From Eledone cirrhosa (lineage: Eukaryota), in assembly GCA_964016885.1 (NCBI GenBank), contig OZ024740.1:125364001-125428000 (forward strand): a stretch of 64,000 bases of DNA, in the 5' to 3' direction. The position numbers and the translations under genes were made by a program. Below the pieces are notes generated by a model. It did not search any database. It was not told the origin of the DNA and saw nothing but the letters and a program-made list of their open reading frames with translations. Positions 60,251 through 64,000 of the stretch are shown here, in pieces; position 1 is the first letter of the stretch; each line of letters begins with the position of its first letter.

Positions 60251-63207
60251 AAGACTATCAGATACATTATACCTATAATTCAAAGCCATAGCCTTGTCAC
60301 ATATTTTGTCATATGTTAAAGGTATATGTTTTTGTTGAGCACTTACATTTTAATGCATGAGTTGGACGATCAGTAAATCAAATAAATGAATGCACATCAT
60401 TATATCTGATGAAGTACCCATTATTATCATGCTCTCATCTAAACTCATCTTTCTGTTTTTATTTTCTCTTTTGTAGATATGTATCCAAGATTATTGAGGT
60501 CAATGAAGTAAATTATTTGCTTGAACATCTACAGATTGATCTATGCAGAGAAAAAAAGTGTATCAAGATGTTAGTTCCTGGAGTTTACATTTCTTGGAAA
60601 GAAAGATGGTTTAGGACAGATCTCGAAGGCAACATGGCAGGGATAAATAAATGAAAGTTTAGTCAAGTACATTAAATGAAGTTGGGTAGGGATGATTCAC
60701 ACTTTGCTATTTCATATAAACATGAACCATTGTTGTAATGGTAGAAAGGGCAGGAGGAATATATAACATATTTGTGAAATAGAGATTGCAACATTATTTA
60801 CTGACAGTTTCCTATAAGTCAAATTACCATTTTGGATATGTAGTATGAAATATTTCTATATGTAGCAGCTACTATACATTTATGTAGTACTCTAATGTAG
60901 TGTGTACTTATGCTTCAAAGAGAGTCAACACCTGTCCAGAGGTGACATATCGCTTTTACTATACATCACCACTTCATGTTTCTTTATATTCTCTTTCTTG
61001 ATCATTTTTCTTGATATGCTCTTCTCTTCCTCTTTCCTCTTATTTCCTCCCCTCCTTTCTGTCATTTTACTTCTTTTAATTTCCTGTTTCTGTGAAGTGT
61101 GGTTTCTCATGCTAGAGGTTTTTATATTTGGAAAAGTAACCAATCCTTATTGATATAGACAATGTCTTCTGCAATAATGGTTGGCAAGTGGAAGGAAAAC
61201 TAGATAAACTAACTAATATTGATAAGATTAATATATGTGCTATGTTAATACTGAGAATGCTACAGGTGTTGTTAAAAGTAAATACTTTTGGATTGTCATC
61301 AAATAAGCTCTGTATTATTTTATATTCAAAATGGACCAACAATTAGGTTGTTTGGGAATGCAGCCATGAAGACTATAAGCACAACACTTTCTTACAGATT
61401 GAACTAGACTAAAGGAATATACAGAGGTATAAACACAAAACCATTATTGAATATGTTAGAAACTCAATTCAAATTGTAACAATTTTAATGTAAATTAAGA
61501 AATGAAGTGAACATATTGATTGCACTAAACTCATTCCTCAGGTTAATTTCTATTACTGCATTTGAAGTGTTCTTATTCTGATAGTAGGAATATTGAATCC
61601 TCCATTGTTATCTTTATCTCAACTTCCACCACTCGATAACCATACAGAATCTCTCTTCTACCGGAAATGTACTTTGTTTCCAATTATAATTATCATTTAT
61701 TAATTACCTTTATTTTTATTGTTAAGTGTGATTTATGAAATGGAAGTTCTACTTTCTTTCATTTAATTTTACAGACATAAAGAAAGTTGTTTTTGTTGTT
61801 TAGTCTCAGCTTAGTACTGGTTGAGCAGACCATGACCAAATACATTCTAGCCATGACTATTCAGTTTGACTTTGCATATCTAAGATTACATTGTCATTAC
61901 TTCTTAATATGAGAGGGTATAATTTGAAGGAATTTGGCTGTTATTTTTAGCAGGACAAAAGGTTCACAGGCGATTTGTCATTGGCTTATCGTGCTTTCTG
62001 GAGAAGGCAATAAATTATTGGTTATAATCCAATTCCAGGTATGGGGCATTACTATCAATTAGTATTTTACCTGAGTAGTATAGTTTAATGAATGTGGTAG
62101 ATTTTGAATTTATCACCCTTTGATTTTAAGACACAATATTCATTTTTGTTTAATTTGTGTTCTTAAAAAGGAAATAAAATTAGAAAGTTCTGCTTGAGTG
62201 AAATAATTTTAGTTCATAATATCAGGATTCCATCTTTAGTGGTGCTATTTAATATAGCAAAGAACCTTTAAGACTTTTGAAAGTTTGCTGCAGAAGAAGG
62301 AATCAATAATAGTTGATGGGGAAATTAACCCTGATAAAATGTCTAGAAATTAATTTAGCACTGAAAATTGGCTCTGCAGTCAATTTAGAAAGATTCAAAT
62401 GATATAAGTCAAGTTTTAATCAAAATACGGTCTCTTTTTGACACCTTTTGTTCTCCCCCTTCCTATCGCTGACTAACAGCGTGCCATCCATCCTGGAACA
62501 ATTATGTATATGCATAAGCATCAATGTGTCATTGGGTGGAAGTTGAAGAATAATTTATGAGGACGTGCTTAAAGTACAAATAATCCTATAAGTGACATTG
62601 CTACTGAGAGAATAGTGATAAATGGGTGACTGCTGAAGCTAACAGAGAACAAGTTCATATGAAAGACAGTGTCAGCTTTCTTTTCTATTATCTGATTAAA
62701 GTTAATGAGCTGAGAAAACTAATTGTTAAGAGTCTCATGGGTGCAATTCTTTCTTTTAGTGCCAAGGTGCTGAAGAAGTCAAATTGTTAGTATGTTGTAT
62801 AACATTTAGAGTAAAACTATGCAAATTTTTATGAATAGCAATAAAATGGCTGGTCTACTGGAAAAACTGAATGGGATATGATAGCTAATTGATTGTAGTT
62901 TAGAAAATATAAAGACATAGATTTATGATACATATATACAAGAAAAATAATTAAAAAATGTGAATGTGTTGATAAATATTTCATACCAATAACTAAACAA
63001 ATAAATATTCATATCAGTGGAAATAAATGTTTGCTGAGAAATGCAATATAACAGATTTACTTGAGCAGGGACATTTGATTAACCATACATAGAAATAAAA
63101 TCAGTGTACAGCTTTTGGATCAATTATAAATATACTCAAGGAGTGGTTTACTTAGAAAGAAGAGAAGACTAATGATATGTTTTGTGCTGACCAAGCATTT
63201 ATACAGA

Positions 63208-63259
63208 CACACACACACACACACAAACACACACATGCACGCACACACACACACACACA
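63208..63259. repeat. (CA)n microsatellite, imperfect
   Basis: Seen directly. Confidence 0.9.
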
Positions 63260-63595
63260 AGGATACAAAAAAGATTAAAAGAGACATTAATGGCCTTAGT
63301 ATTAAGCAGAATGAGCAGGGGATTACAGCACAAATTATATATATTTGGTAAGCATCTATCACATATATATTTGCTTTTATTATACTTGACTCAGAGAAGG
63401 AAAGTAGTACTCATCACCCTTTCCAGGGCCTGTTAGACTGTTAGGAGAGAGAGAGGAAGATATCCCAAGCTAAAGACCTGGCTACAACGCAGGTAGGTTA
63501 CAATTATATTTGCACTCTGAATACAAAGTACTGTAACAAATACAACAAGGCATCTTATCTGATGCTCCTATATTTTCTCCTATCCATCATCCTTG

Positions 63596-63670
63596 ACTGG
63601 TACTTTATTTTATCAACACTAAAAGGAAGGAAAGCAAAATTAACTTAGGTGGAATCTAAATTCAGGGTAC
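63596..63670 (-). mobile_element. Old SINE core fragment related to family A
   Basis: actggtactttattttatcaacac...aagcaaaattaacttaggtggaatctaaattcag. Confidence 0.6.
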
Positions 63671-64000
63671 AGAGATCTGGAATAAATACTCCAAGCCCTG
63701 CTTAAGAGGTGCACAGATTTTGTCCAGTGCAAATGGATTCTAAATAAGGAGTACATAATCAAAGACAGAAATTCCTGGAAACAGGCAACAAACCACATAT
63801 TCGATTGTGACAAACCTGTTGAATCAAGATGCAAGCTTCATCATTATGTCTGACAAGACCAACTAAAATTGAAGTAGAGATACTACTGTAATGAAAAAGA
63901 AAATGAGCTCTAAACTCTTCATAGTTGTCATTGATCTATCATTCTCTTTTCCCAGTATTTTTAGTACTGTATAGCATAGCATCACACTTGTCTACTTCAA

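Noticed and set aside
62260-62880. Slightly coding-like segment, possibly an old TE
   Set aside because: No ORF or motif I can assign

Overview
This is AT-rich, microsatellite-dense animal genomic DNA, not prokaryotic. The repeat families (RTE LINEs with (GAT)n tails, tRNA-derived SINEs with (ATT)n tails, abundant (TA)n) suggest a coleoid cephalopod such as Octopus, which is an inference. I can support no host protein-coding exon, rRNA, true tRNA or CRISPR array, so the window looks intergenic or deep intronic. Recognisable content is transposon-derived. (1) A decayed Helitron helicase (~7.9-9.4 kb). (2) Two convergent Penelope-like element (PLE) 3' ends, each with a hammerhead-like motif (9.7-12.9 kb). 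(3) An R4/Dong-type LINE starting right after (TAA)n (13.7-16.6 kb), joined tail-to-tail to a near full-length L1/Tx1-type LINE on the minus strand (16.6-22.4 kb). (4) Two young and several old RTE LINE copies whose reverse transcriptase contains an inserted PHD-type zinc finger. (5) An older, different RTE (51.8-54.1 kb), a mariner relic (56.6-57.9 kb), a probable hAT relic and many SINEs, three with readable target-site duplications. The best leads are the PHD finger inside the RT, the Dong/Tx1 junction, the hammerhead motifs, and a TGA at a conserved-Cys position in one PLE. None is shown to be a new system from this window alone.
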